DNA from: Balanoglossus misakiensis | Lineage: Eukaryota > Animalia > Hemichordata | NCBI GenBank assembly: GCA_040954595.2 | Contig: CM082598.2 | Span: forward strand, 5,471,097 to 5,535,096 | DNA length: 64,000 nucleotides | Direction of reading: 5' to 3' | Shown: positions 38,932-51,600 of the stretch, one piece after another | How positions within the stretch are numbered: position 1 is the first letter of the stretch | Layout: every line of letters starts with the position of its first letter | Made by a program: the position numbers and the translations under genes | Notes under the pieces: generated by a model | The model's database searches: none | Told to the model about the DNA's origin: nothing | The model's input: only the letters and a program-made list of their open reading frames with translations

Positions 38932-39473
38932 TTGGTGAATAAACCAACTAGACCAATCATTAATTCATTATCATTTTCGTCGATCCGTTGCCATTGTCAT
39001 ACAGTGAAGACATGGAAGCAATGGGTTTTATAGATTGTACAACACGTGCATTTCCGACTGGATCTTCACCCGGAAACGGGGAGTAAAACATAGTATACAT
39101 CATAGATAATAAAAGGCGATTGATCACTGATGATATAACACTGCGTTAACGGAGAGAAAAATATCTAAAGCGGCCGGAGGTGCACCTTTGTAAAGAACTC
39201 TCTTTGTCAAATCACCAAAGATGGCCGCAGTGAAAACTCGATATGGAAGCGACAAGGGACCACACAAAAGGTAACAACTTCTAATATTAATGTGTGCATC
39301 AACAATTCCGCATTGAATTCAGTTCCGACAGTCACTCTCAGTTGAGATCGGACGGGCTGGTGGGATTATACAAGGAATACAACAAATTGCCTAACTGCCT
39401 GGCTGCCTGCCTATACAGGCTGTATGACCGTCCAATGCACGTGAATTAGTACGCGCATTCCTATCTGTGTGTG

Positions 39474-39655
39474 TTAAAGGTATACGGTCACCTCCAATTT
39501 ACATATCGCCATATATAGTTGAAATGGCGTATTTGAGTGTTCTAAAGAACGCTATATTTTCGCGTGTGCCACCCACTGAAAATCTGTGATTGGTTAGATC
39601 TCGATTTACCATGGTAACTGTGGCTAAATTTGTATAGGTGACCGTATACCTTTAA
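39474..39655. mobile_element. MITE family B, about 180 bp, TTAA|AGGTATACGGTCACC...GGTGACCGTATACCT|TTAA (Kolobok-like)
   Basis: 15-bp terminal inverted repeat. Other copies at 10668-10822, 23348-23507, 49083-49264, 51277-51386, 54988-55180, 62667-62852. Confidence 0.88.
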
Positions 39656-42406
39656 TATAGGAAATACCTGTCAATCCATCGACAATTGGCGCGCCCTGTT
39701 TTGGGGGATATATGACACAACAAACTCAGACTTTATTTTTAATTCGATGACTGATAAAGTAGAACTGAAGAACTCAAAACACAGTTAGAACTACTTTGTG
39801 AGTTAACTTATCCAGAAATATCCAGAAAAATCAACTGAATTCTATCAAACTGTATTTGACATTTTTTGCAAATTGTAGGTTTGTTTTTGTAAAATAATCG
39901 AGTAGAACATCCGACCGAAAATATAAACTATTTTCAGGCCATTTTCAAGATCTTATTATCACATGAATATCTTATCGACGCCCGATTGTGGGGTTGTATG
40001 TTACAATTTGAACACGCGATATATTAAACGGGTGCCGCACCCGTTTAATCGGCCTCCATACAAACAGTACGCAGCTATCACGCAATTATTCACACTGGGA
40101 TAATATACGCACAGTTAAACTCACTCAAAGTCTTACTTGCGAATGACTCTATATAGGGTACCATGACCTACGAAGGGTCGAGAAACTCCCTTCGTATCAA
40201 TTTATTGTTAGGAAAGGTTTTCCAACGGTTCGGGCAGTGTGTACATGTACTTGGACCGTGAATACGGAAGTTGTCAGTAATTACAGGAAACCCATGGACG
40301 CAGGAATCGGTAGGGAACGTCCTACTCTGCTATTTGGTTCTTTGGGGGAACGCCATACCTATCCCAGTGCATGTCATATTACTAGTAAATTGGGAAGTTT
40401 TGAGTAAAAATAAATCAAAATCTCGTTACTCGGTCGTTAGGAATATAAATTTGTGATAGCAGAACCCAAACGTGTAATTTCTCAGCAAACAGTATGAGTA
40501 AACCTCGGAAATAGTGTTTTAATCGACTCTGGGTGTTGCAGCCGGCCACGGAAGTAAACTACAGGTCCAGCGTAAGACGCGCCACGTGGTTAATTGTCCT
40601 CCAAACATTCTAATTCTATGTACGTTCAATAAGATTGTAAGTATTGTCATTTTTTTTAATTGTGGATTTTTGGATTCTCCTTTGTATGTATAATGAAAAT
40701 CCGTAATAAAATATAGGGGTCACCGCGCTTGTTTTTGAAATACAGAGAAGAAACCTGCTGTCTCAGCATTTTTCACCAATGGTATGTCTGGACCCTTATA
40801 ATTTATTTGACCAATGAATTTATATTTACTGGACTGAGCTTTTTGTGAAATTTCGTGAAAATGACAATAGTAGAAGTTTGTTTATTGACATTCCCGAGCT
40901 CTGGATTAATTGACCCTTAAAATCATATTTGACCTTTATACAGATCGTAACAAATCCTGTGGGAAAAAGACGGGTGCGCGCTGTTTTCCGGTTTATGTTC
41001 TGCGCGTACATCCTTAGAGCGTGTGGGGAGTCTATTTGAAAACACGGTGTTTTCATAAAGTCGCCCAAATTACTGCACTGAATATGATAAAACATGCTAC
41101 TAATGTGGATCTGACAATAAGGAGAAACCACAGTTGATATCCTTAAAAATACTGAGAAAATATACTCAGCTCGAAGTTGCCAGAGTGGAGTTACTGGAGC
41201 TTCAATTATTTTGAAACATTGACATATGTTGCGACTCACAAGCTGTTTATATTGCAAACACAAACTGAAATTTTCTGTAGTCCAGGTGTGATTGTGAAAT
41301 AATAATGGCACCAGAAATATTGGACGCCGCCCAACCCAGAACATCTTCGCCTGTCGAGGTCTAGACTAGAGCATTCTCCGAACAGAGATTGAAGCAAACC
41401 CAGCTAGGGGGACAGGCCGCCAATGAGACCCCCTAGCTAGGTTAGAATTATCAGAGCGCTACAATCTCTGTACGGAAAATGTGCTCCCCAAATCAAAAAG
41501 ACTGTAGTCGAGCTAAAAACCCGTGCGAGCGGTCAATGAACCCAGAATCTCATCCTGGATGTTTGCAGGGACTATAACGACAAGACTTCTATATTTAAAT
41601 CATTTATTCAAGGTTTTAACATACATATGAACATATAGAACATCCAAAACAAGTCTTTTAAACATCTTTTACAAATTAAACTTTGACATCACAATTCAAC
41701 AATAGTTTATACGAAATATTTTAGCTTTTATAATGCCGTTGAGTGAAGGATCCTGAGATCTGGGTACAAATCATCGATGGGAGTTGTAAGCATTGTATCT
41801 CACACAGATGACAAATATCAAGTTGATGTGTCGATCGTAGCTCCACTATCACAACTACTGTTTATGCATAACTTCATTTCAAAAATTCAGCTGTCTCACA
41901 CATCAAATAATAATTAATTTAATGTCAACACACCATGCAAATAATTTTAATATATCTTTTTAAATACAACTTTGAAATATAATCTCGCTCATTCTTAATT
42001 TCCCACAACATTTCTCAGACTAGTAACTGTTGTTATCTGACCAAAACTGATAGCCATATTTGCAAAAAAAATACTGGTTTAAGACGTTTTCAACAAATTT
42101 TCTCTAGCTTTCCAGCGTAGGCCAATCCACTGTCAATTTTACAAGTACATATAATACAGAAATGGCCAATGTACATGTTTATAAAATTGGTTGTGAAATT
42201 CATGTTGATAAATGCCACTGCAATTATATATATGTTTTTATCAATCCTGGGAGATATGCCACAAAGTATTTGACTTTTTCAGCACAATGGTTTAGTCCAA
42301 ATCTATTGTTTCCTATTGTAAGGTTGGACCTCTAAAGAGGGAACTGGGGGTGAAATGGTTAAGTGTCGTGTCAAGACAGACAGGAATTAAAGGTATACCA
42401 TTCACC

Positions 42407-42762
42407 TTAAAGGGACAAAATCTCTCTCTCGCTGCCCCTTTTCCCATTAATTATGTTTGATACAAGACACTGTTTATGTTATTCTACATGTGGATATATA
42501 GAGAATCAACATTCAACGACACACAACTTCCATCCCGTTTGTAGACAAGAGAGTGAAAAACTCGCCAAAATGAATAATTGGTGTTTACCATTTATTCATT
42601 TTGGCGAGATTTTTACTCTCATATCCTACAAACAGGATGGTAGTTGTGTGTGGTCGAACATTGATTCACTATATATCCACATGTAGAATGACATAAACGG
42701 TGTCTTGTATCAAACATAATTAATGGAAAAAAGGCAGCAAGAGAGAGACTTTGTCCCTTTAA
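42407..42762. mobile_element. MITE family A copy
   Basis: TTAA-flanked foldback downstream of the SHANK stop codon. Confidence 0.9.
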
Positions 42763-43962
42763 AAACACAAACTAATAAAATAATGCATGAAATTTGATGA
42801 TCATATTAGCAGCAGGTCACCCAAACTAGCAAATCTCAGCATTTGAGCAACGCAACATGAAGTACTTGGCTTCGGAAAAATACAAATGTCTTCACATTTC
42901 TATAATTTATTGCTTCTAATATTAAGTGTTCAAAATTCCTTGTCTTGAGTTGTCAGATTCAAGAAATGCTAAAATTTCAAGGAATTTGTTCTTCACAAAC
43001 AGTTGTGAATAGATTCCTTTCATAACATTGTGGGATTACAAGCTGATAGATATTTTAAATAATTCTTACAATTTTTTAGCTATTAAAGTATGCATTACTC
43101 AAATAAATAATTATGGACACAGATATTGAAATAACATAAATAAACAATATATTCAAAACTTAAGATAAAGAAAAAAATGATTGTCATCAAAGATTTGCGT
43201 TTAAATATAATGAATTTAAAACATTCAAACATGCTCATATACAAACACATTTGTTGGCCTATATCTCTGTTCACTGCATGCTGTGTTTGACCTTTCCTTG
43301 CAATTGTCAATGATAAATACATGTAAATGAAATAAGCCTGGTTCAAATGCTGTAATCACAACCACATCAAGTATCACTCAAAATAGCGCCAATGACACTA
43401 TGCTCCCGTTTTAATCATAACACTTATCACTATATGAGGAAAACTGCGAACTCAAATAGGATCATTTGAACTCGCACAATCAATTTCTGATACGAGTCGC
43501 GAGTTACCAAGGAGACCAGCAGTAAAGTAGGTTTGTGATATATAATTACTGTGATGATAGAGAAAACTTATTATGCGTAAAATACAGGTCTGTGATTGGC
43601 TGCACAGTCTCACAGAAACATTTCCAACATTGAAGACCCTTTTTCATATCATGTGATATTTGCTGGAGGTTTTGTTTTACTTTGCTAGGCATATAGAACA
43701 CATTCTGCAAAGACATGATTTGAATATCTGTTCTTCATTTCAACATAAACAATTGCTTGTTTCATGTGCTAAATCAAATGATGTTACACTTTTTTCAAAT
43801 ATAACTGGTATATTGGACAACATCACCTATCTGCTACCTGACCACAATATGAACGAGATCCTTCTCTTACCATTTCACCACCATGGTTCATTCCAGACCC
43901 ATTGTTTTCTAAGTTAAGGTTAGACCTCTAAAGGGGGGTGTAGGGGTGTAGGGGTGAAAGGG

Positions 43963-44323
43963 TTAAAGGGACAAAGTCTCTCTCTCGTGGCCATTTTTCC
44001 GTCAATTATGTTTGATACAAGACACCGTTTATGCTATTCTATATGTGGATATATAGTGAATCAACTTTCAACCACACACAACTTCCATCCCACTTGTAGA
44101 CACGATAGTGAAAAACTCGCCAAAATGAATAATCGGTGTTAACCATTTATTCATTTTGGCGAGATTTTTACTCTCATATCCTACAAACAGGATGCATATG
44201 GAAGTTGTGTGTGTTCGAATGTTGATTCACTATATATCCACACGTAGAATAACATAAATGGTGTCTTGTATCAAGCATAAGTAATGGGAAAAGGGCAGTG
44301 TCAGAGAGACTTTGTCCCTTTAA
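43963..44323. mobile_element. MITE family A copy
   Basis: TTAA-flanked foldback abutting a family D element. Confidence 0.9.
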
Positions 44324-44790
44324 GGTTGGACCTCTAGAGGAGGATATAGGGGTGAAAGGGTTAAGGCTAGCTCATTAGGTATCATTTAAGTTATTATTAG
44401 ACTGTACCATCTCTCACACAGACTACTTTCAAAATTGACAAGTCTTTTGTTCCTATGTACTGTACTCACTCTTGTCTGACAAGAGATAATTAAAGCAAAA
44501 GATAATTAGATAATAATATACTATTCAATAAGGTATTTTGTGCAAACTATAGTACTGTAGATATTTGACACACAGTCATCAAGGCTCTGCTATGCATTAA
44601 AAACTTTTTCAATCAGGGAAGAAATTTTCTCTAATAATAATTTAACTCTCTTTAAACTCCTAACACTGTACTTTCATATAGATAAGAATTCAGCCCAAGA
44701 AGAAAATTGAGGTCTGGTTTCAGTCCTGGTGTAATTTTATGACGGTTGCAGAAATACAGTGATCATTTTTCCAGCGTAGCGTGAATTATG

Positions 44791-45030
44791 TTAAAGGGAC
44801 ATCAGCTGTAACTTTTACATGTCTTTCCAGTTTTTTTTGTTTTGTGCATCAAATGCAATTTCTTGCTCTATGCCACACATCAGGCTAATATACCCAGTAC
44901 TTGTCAACATAGCTTGGTATATGTGTAATGACCATTGTTATTGTTGACAACTGAATTCTAGTCCGGACTTGAATTCGAATTTTGCACAATATCAATGCTG
45001 ACTATACACATATATGTTGTGTTGATAAGC
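44791..45030. mobile_element. Interspersed repeat family H (core GAATTCTAGTCCGGACTTGAAT)
   Basis: Related segments at about 57203-57480 (core inverted) and 60143-60476. Confidence 0.65.
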
Positions 45031-45296
45031 TAGGAGAAGAGCACCGAAATTGCCATCATTTTGTGTATATGTTCCTATTTTGATAAACCATAACATGGCC
45101 ATCTTGTGAAAAACTATGGCCAATTCAATAAATTTCAATAAAAAAAAACATAATCTAGCTATAAGAAGTGTCATGCAGTAATAAGCTGCAGAATGGTTCC
45201 GGACAAGGCACTACTAGTCGGGATGAAATCTCAGACAACTTTTTTGTTCAAATGTAAACAAGTCTTTTTGTCTTAGGCTGATAACTTTGATTAGTA

Positions 45297-45636
45297 TTAA
45301 AGGGACAAAGTCTCTTTCTTGCTGCCATTTTTCCATTAATTATGTTTGATACAAGACACTGTTCATATTATTCTACATGTGGATATATAGTGAATCAATG
45401 TTCGACCACAAACAACATCCATCCCACTTGTTGACACGAGAGTGAAAACCTCGCCAAAATGAATAATTGGTGTTTACCATTTATTCATTTTGGCGAGATT
45501 TTTACTCTCATATCCTACAGACGGGATGAAAGTTGTGTGTGGTCGAACGTTGATTCACTATATATCCACATGTAGAATAACATAAACTGTGTCTTGTATC
45601 AAAAAGGGCAGTGAGAGAGAGACGTTGTTCCTTTAA
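45297..45636. mobile_element. MITE family A copy
   Basis: TTAA-flanked foldback 50 nt after the SHANK stop codon. Confidence 0.9.
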
Positions 45637-45686
45637 CAACCTATCATGGTAACTTGTGCATTCTAAATCATCGCTGTACAAAACTA

Positions 45687-48600
45687 CTACAAAAACATTC
45701 CTTTATACGGTAAATGCAACAACTTCTTCCTGGCTCTGTCAATGGTAATTCTGTGACCAATTCTGGTGATTCCAAGTTCAATGTAATCGTCCTTGGTCAA
45801 GGCTGATAAGTGTTCTCCATTGATTTCATTCTCCTGAAATGTTTCCTTGTATTCCGTCATATGGATGCTCTCCAGCCAGTCCCCAACTTCTCCTACACTC
45901 CAGTCATTGACACTTTTCACGTGACGGCTCTTTCCCTCATTTTTCATTCCAATACCTAAAATAAAACCCAAATATGGCTATAAATCTAACATTCAAATCA
46001 ATTAATTGTTGCAAAACAGTTGCCTCTGTTGATATTGTGAAAATTTTCTGTCACGATAAATTTCTCATTTTACAGTAGTTCGATGGTTTTACCCCAACGC
46101 TGCCATGTCAGTTGAAACTGGTTTGATTTCCACGGTGCCTAGAATCCTGGCTCCCAGGCCTGTTAGACTGCCAAGTGTGTGTTAATCAGTAGGGCCTCAG
46201 ACCAATACAGTGCAAACCAGTACGATTTGGTACATTTTACAGGGGGCTCAGACTGCCAAGTGTGTCTAAGTACGTATGAGAGCCATGTCAAGACAGTCAA
46301 AATACGTTTTAGAAGAAAAAGTGGCAAATACGTATTTTAAGGGACTTGACACTCTAACAGACATGACACCCAGTAGCATTAGGGTTAATTGTCACGAAAT
46401 GGTTGCCTCTGTTGATATTGTGAGCATTTTCTGTCACCAAAATTTCTCATTTTCCAGTAGTATGATGGTTTAACCCTAACGCTGCCAAGTCAGTATGAAC
46501 TGGTTTGATTTCCAGGGTGCCTAGAATCCTGTAGTAGTACGATGGTTTAAAAGACTTCCTCCTCACCTGAGTTTAATTTCTGATGACTGTCGTGAACGAC
46601 ACGACCGTTAGCTTCACGGCTTGTAGGACTTGACGTAGAATCTGAGAATTCTGTCGGTGGCAAGGTTGTTGATAGATGGAAACTATCATCTGTGGTGGCG
46701 TATGGACTATGTTGTATTCGGTCAGTTGGATGTTCGTCATCTTCCCGGATAGTCGCCTGCGGATCAGTTATGTCTGCCGATCTCGCACTTAGACTGGATA
46801 ACGAGGACAGGGTCGAGACTGAGGATACGGTACTAACATTGTCAAAACTACGCTCGTGTTGGTGTACAAAGCTGACGTCTTTAACGTCATCGAATAAAAC
46901 CGGTGGAGGCAGTACAACTTCGGGATGTCCGTCGCTTGATGCATACGGCTGTATGCTGTTGTTGTTTGTCTTTTTGAACGCGTCTGTTCCGTTGTGAGTT
47001 GTTTCGAATTTCTTTATGATGCTGTTCAAGCTGGGCCTCTGCTCGTCGCTGTCCGTTTCCGGCCTTGCTTGTCGTTGTTTGTTTTGTCGGTTATTACTGT
47101 CCTCCGTGATATGCGTCGAGTTGCCTGGAATGTCGTGGTTTGAATATTGTGTACTTGGACCTTGGTTGTCTGCAGTGAGGTTGTCTGTCGAGAATTCCTC
47201 TGGGGGAGGAGGCAGGGGGTAATCCAAACTCCTGTCGTCCGTAAATTCTGCGTCCATCGCCGGGGGAGGGGGAATAAAAGAAGGCAGATCGCAGTCTATT
47301 TCCTTCGCTCTCATTTTCGCTTCGATTTCCGCTGCTCTCTTCGCGATCACGCTTCTGAAATCTTCTTTCCCGTGTCCAGAATGTCTCCGTTGAATGTTGG
47401 CTTTAATTCTGGCGTTCTGAAGGGCAGTTTTTCTCGCCAGGTCGTCGTTTTTATTAGCTTTATCCGCTTCGATGATGAACACCTTCTTGGCTGGTGTTTT
47501 ATCTTTGTGGTTGACTTCAGTTTGTGGCGTCGGACTGGTCTGCAAGTTCCCACTTTGCGTGGTTTTTGTTACTTTCGTAGACACGCGAACACTTGTCGTC
47601 ACTGCATCTGTCTTGATCTCTGTCGTTTTACTCACAGAACTTGTCTTCCATCGATCGTGTTTGTACCGTTCGACTTTCTCATCAAGATTGTCGCCTTTGT
47701 AATCCGCGCTTTCGATCTCCAACCTCCTCCTCTCCACAGCGATCTTCAACGCCATCGACGGATCCACGTCGCCAACCAACTCCTTCTTGCTGCTCTGTTT
47801 CAGAGACTTCTCCTTGGCCGCCAGAGCCATTTGCAACGCCGACGAACTTTCGCCTTTCTGCTCAGTCGCCACGACTACTGAATCTGTACTGCCGGGCCGT
47901 GTTGCCATGACTACTGAATCCGTACTGCCGAGCCGTGTCGCCATGACTACTGAATCTGTACTGCCAGGCCGTGTTGCCATGACTACTGAATTTGTACTGC
48001 CGGGCTGTACGATCTGCTCATTGTTGTCTGTTGGTGAACTTTTAATCGCAGTTGTAACATCAGTTTTATTTTTGATAACCGTTTCATTTACACCGTTAGT
48101 TACCGCAAGTGACTTCTGAGGAACGTTAGCAGACTGCTGTCTTGGTGAATACTGATCTTTCGTTTGATTGACAGTTTCGAAATCCATATAATCAGGTTCT
48201 GGTAGAAGATGAATAGACTGCCTAGCTGGCATTGGATTGCTGGAGCGTTCCGACAGACTGCTGTTGCGTTGGTGTTGTTTCAACTTCGTCCGGATGCCTT
48301 GCTGACTGACAGCCGGGGGCAACATGTTGAACTTCGCCGGATTGTCGGGGTTGAAACTCGATGGGAATTTCTGCGTAGGGGCCGCGCTCTCGTTGGCTTT
48401 CTCCAGATTGCTCAGAGACTTCGACCGATTGTACTTGAGATTTGCGGTTTTTACACCTGGTGATGCGTCTGGATATGTAAATGAGGATGGTGGTGGACCC
48501 CCAGGTGTTGATGATGACGGTGGTGTTGATCTCGAATCACTTTGCACACTAAACCTTCTGTAGTCGTCCACAGGGGCTTCTTCCGACACGGAATACGTCG

Positions 48601-51600
48601 AGACCAGCCGACTGATCTCCGATCTGTTAGAACTCCCTGAGTCGGAAGTCACAGACCCCGACGGCGAAACATTCTTATATCGGTACAAGTCTTGCGACAT
48701 CATCGTTAAATTCGGCGTCGACGAACTCCTGAAGTTCTGTGATTTGTCCAGTTTACCGAAATACAGCGAGTGTCTCTTCAACGTCGCAGCTTTGACACCA
48801 CTGGGGATCAGAACCTTCGGTTTCTGAGGGTCAAAGGTCACATCATTACCGTTGCTTCTGGAAACACCACCTTGACGTTCAAACATTTCTTTGATCTCAG
48901 CATGGCTTAGTCTCTTGGATGTTGGTCTGGATCTAATAGACGCCACACAGCCTTCTGTCCATGTTGATATGTCTCCAACTGAACTGTAGTCTTTAATAGC
49001 ATTATCAAGTTCCTCTGTTAAAAAAAAAACACAATGTTTAGAATCAGAACAGTGATATCAAAATTCATCTCTCTAAAGAATTTTAAAGGTATACGGTCAC
49101 TTCCAATCTATATACGCCTGTATATGGCTGAAATGACCTATTTGAGTGTTCTATGGTGGCGCTCTTTTTTTCACGTGTGCCACCCACTGAAAATCTGTGA
49201 TTGGCTAGATCTCATTTTGCCATGGTAACTGCAGCTAAATTTCCATAGGTGACCATACCTTTAACACATGAAATGTATACTATCTGAAAAGCTGTAAAGT
49301 TAGTGAAAATGATATGAAAAACTGATTGATACCGTCCAATTTTATCAAAATGTCAAATTTCATTTTTTTGACAGTAAACAGATACATAAATGCAAATTGG
49401 CTAACACGCAAACAAACAAACAAAAACAAACAGACAGACAGACACAAACAAACAAACACATTTACACAAAAATAGTGATATGAAATGAGTCTATGGACAT
49501 AGCAACAATAAGCAACAAATCACTCTGTCTCAAGAACAACAACATTTGGAAACCTCAAAAATATTATTTATTACCTAAAGCTGCTATTTCATCTGGACCA
49601 ATATTTTGAGTTGTTCCAAGTCTGGTATCTGCAGATCTTGTTGGTGGATTTGGAGCTGAAAACAAAATCATACATCATACAACAGTTATATTCAACAGAT
49701 AAATATGTACAGTCAAACCTCTGTTAGTGGTCACCTCTATATAGTGGTCACTTTGTTACAGTCCCTGTGCAATTCATATGAGCATTAATTGACCTGTATA
49801 TAAAGGCCACGTGTCTGTAAAGGCCAGTTTAGGAAAGTCCCTTGACTGGCCACTATAGACAAGTTCGACTGTAATTATTCAAATGAGAAGTCAAAGACTG
49901 TTGCCATGGCTTTGAACTTGAGGGCGCTGTTACGGGCTGTCCATGCCATGTCATGTTGCTCTGTATTTTTTTACAGTATTTACTGCAATTTACCACAGTC
50001 ATTTTCTTTTAAATCAGCCACCATCTTTAACGTATAACACCGAAGTTTTGAAAAAAAAAAAGTCTACAGGTCACCAAAAATAATTAAAATTTTATCTTTT
50101 CTTAACTGCTGTCATTTTTAATTTTTACTTTATCGTAAAGCGCATTGAGATGATTTATTTTGCTATGCTCTGTATAAGAAATAAAGGCTTCAAAGGGACA
50201 AAGTCTCTCTCTCGCTGCCCTTTTCCATTATTTTTGTTTGATATTAGACACCGCTTATGTTATTCTACATGTGTATATGTAGTGAATGAACGTTCAACCA
50301 CACACAACTTCCATCCTGTTTGTAGGATATGAGAGTAAAATCTCGCCCAAAATAAATAAATGGTAGAGACAGATTATTCATTTTGGAATGGTTTTTCACT
50401 CTCGTGTCTACAAGCGGGATGGAAGGTGTATGTGGTCAAATGTTGATGCACTATATATCCATATGTAGAATAACATAAATGGTGTCTTGTATCAAATATA
50501 ATTAATGGAAAAAGGGCGGCAAGAGAGAGACTTTGTCCCTTTAATTATTATTTCAAGAGACACAGTGTTTTCTGGCAAATGCTCCATCTTGTATGACCTG
50601 TCTTGAGACCTGGGTTTTGACGGGATATAACCTCTCCACGTACCTCTGCTTTTCTTGACAGAACCCTTGCTTTCTTTCACCTCCATCCAAACATTGCTTG
50701 TTTGCGGGATGACAGTTGTGACCTTCAACAGCAGAGTGTCATTGGATTTCTTCACCAAATCCACCACTTCACAGTGTGTGGCATACCTTACATCAATTCC
50801 GTTGATCTAATGAAAAACAAAGATATCCTTATGTGAAACACTGTATTTAAAGTGCGTAGCTCGTCTCACGCGCATGCGCGTAACTTCCCAGCAAATTTTC
50901 CGTTCGATGCATTCAAATAGTGGACTGCCTTCGCTTCCTTCCATATTTCATGCGCACCGTATAAAATAGATTCTGGTTTTGTCCCTCCTTTTCACCCAAG
51001 CTGGTGTCTTTTCACGATCTCCGACACAGATTATGGTCGCCGCCATCTTGTCTGTTGTTAGGACAGAGCACTGCCTTATGGGATTGACTGTTCACTAAAC
51101 GTCTGTAACCAGCGTCTACAGCTGGAACATGCGTGTGAGACGAGCTAGGCGCTTTAAACACAATACGGCAAGAACAGAGATTTTAAAGGGAATGGGTCGT
51201 CCCGCCACGTGGGTGTCCCCCCTTGATGAGAATATGTCCTCCCATACGAGCGCAAACCCATTTGCAGTCGCCATATGGTGGCACACGAGAAAATAAGAGC
51301 ACCACCATATGGTTTTTAGAACCCTGAAATACGCCATTTCAGCCATATATGGGCGTATGTAAATTGGAGGTGACTGTATACCTTAAACCAGTCTCAACTA
51401 TAATAAAGACAGAGATGTCGAAGAGAGCATACCTCTAGAACAAAATCCCCAGCTCGAAGACCTGCTTGATGTGCCACTCCATTTTCATCCACAGAATCCA
51501 AATATTGCAATGCTGGGAATTCAGCCGTTGGTTGGAAATTCAGTGATGGATTTTTGGTCTTCGCTCCGCGTAAAACAAAACCAAATCCTGTCTTCTTCTG

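Noticed and set aside
46692-48563. Multiple plus-strand ORFs opposite the large SHANK exon
   Set aside because: Antisense shadows of a long, relatively GC-rich coding exon; no recognisable domains.
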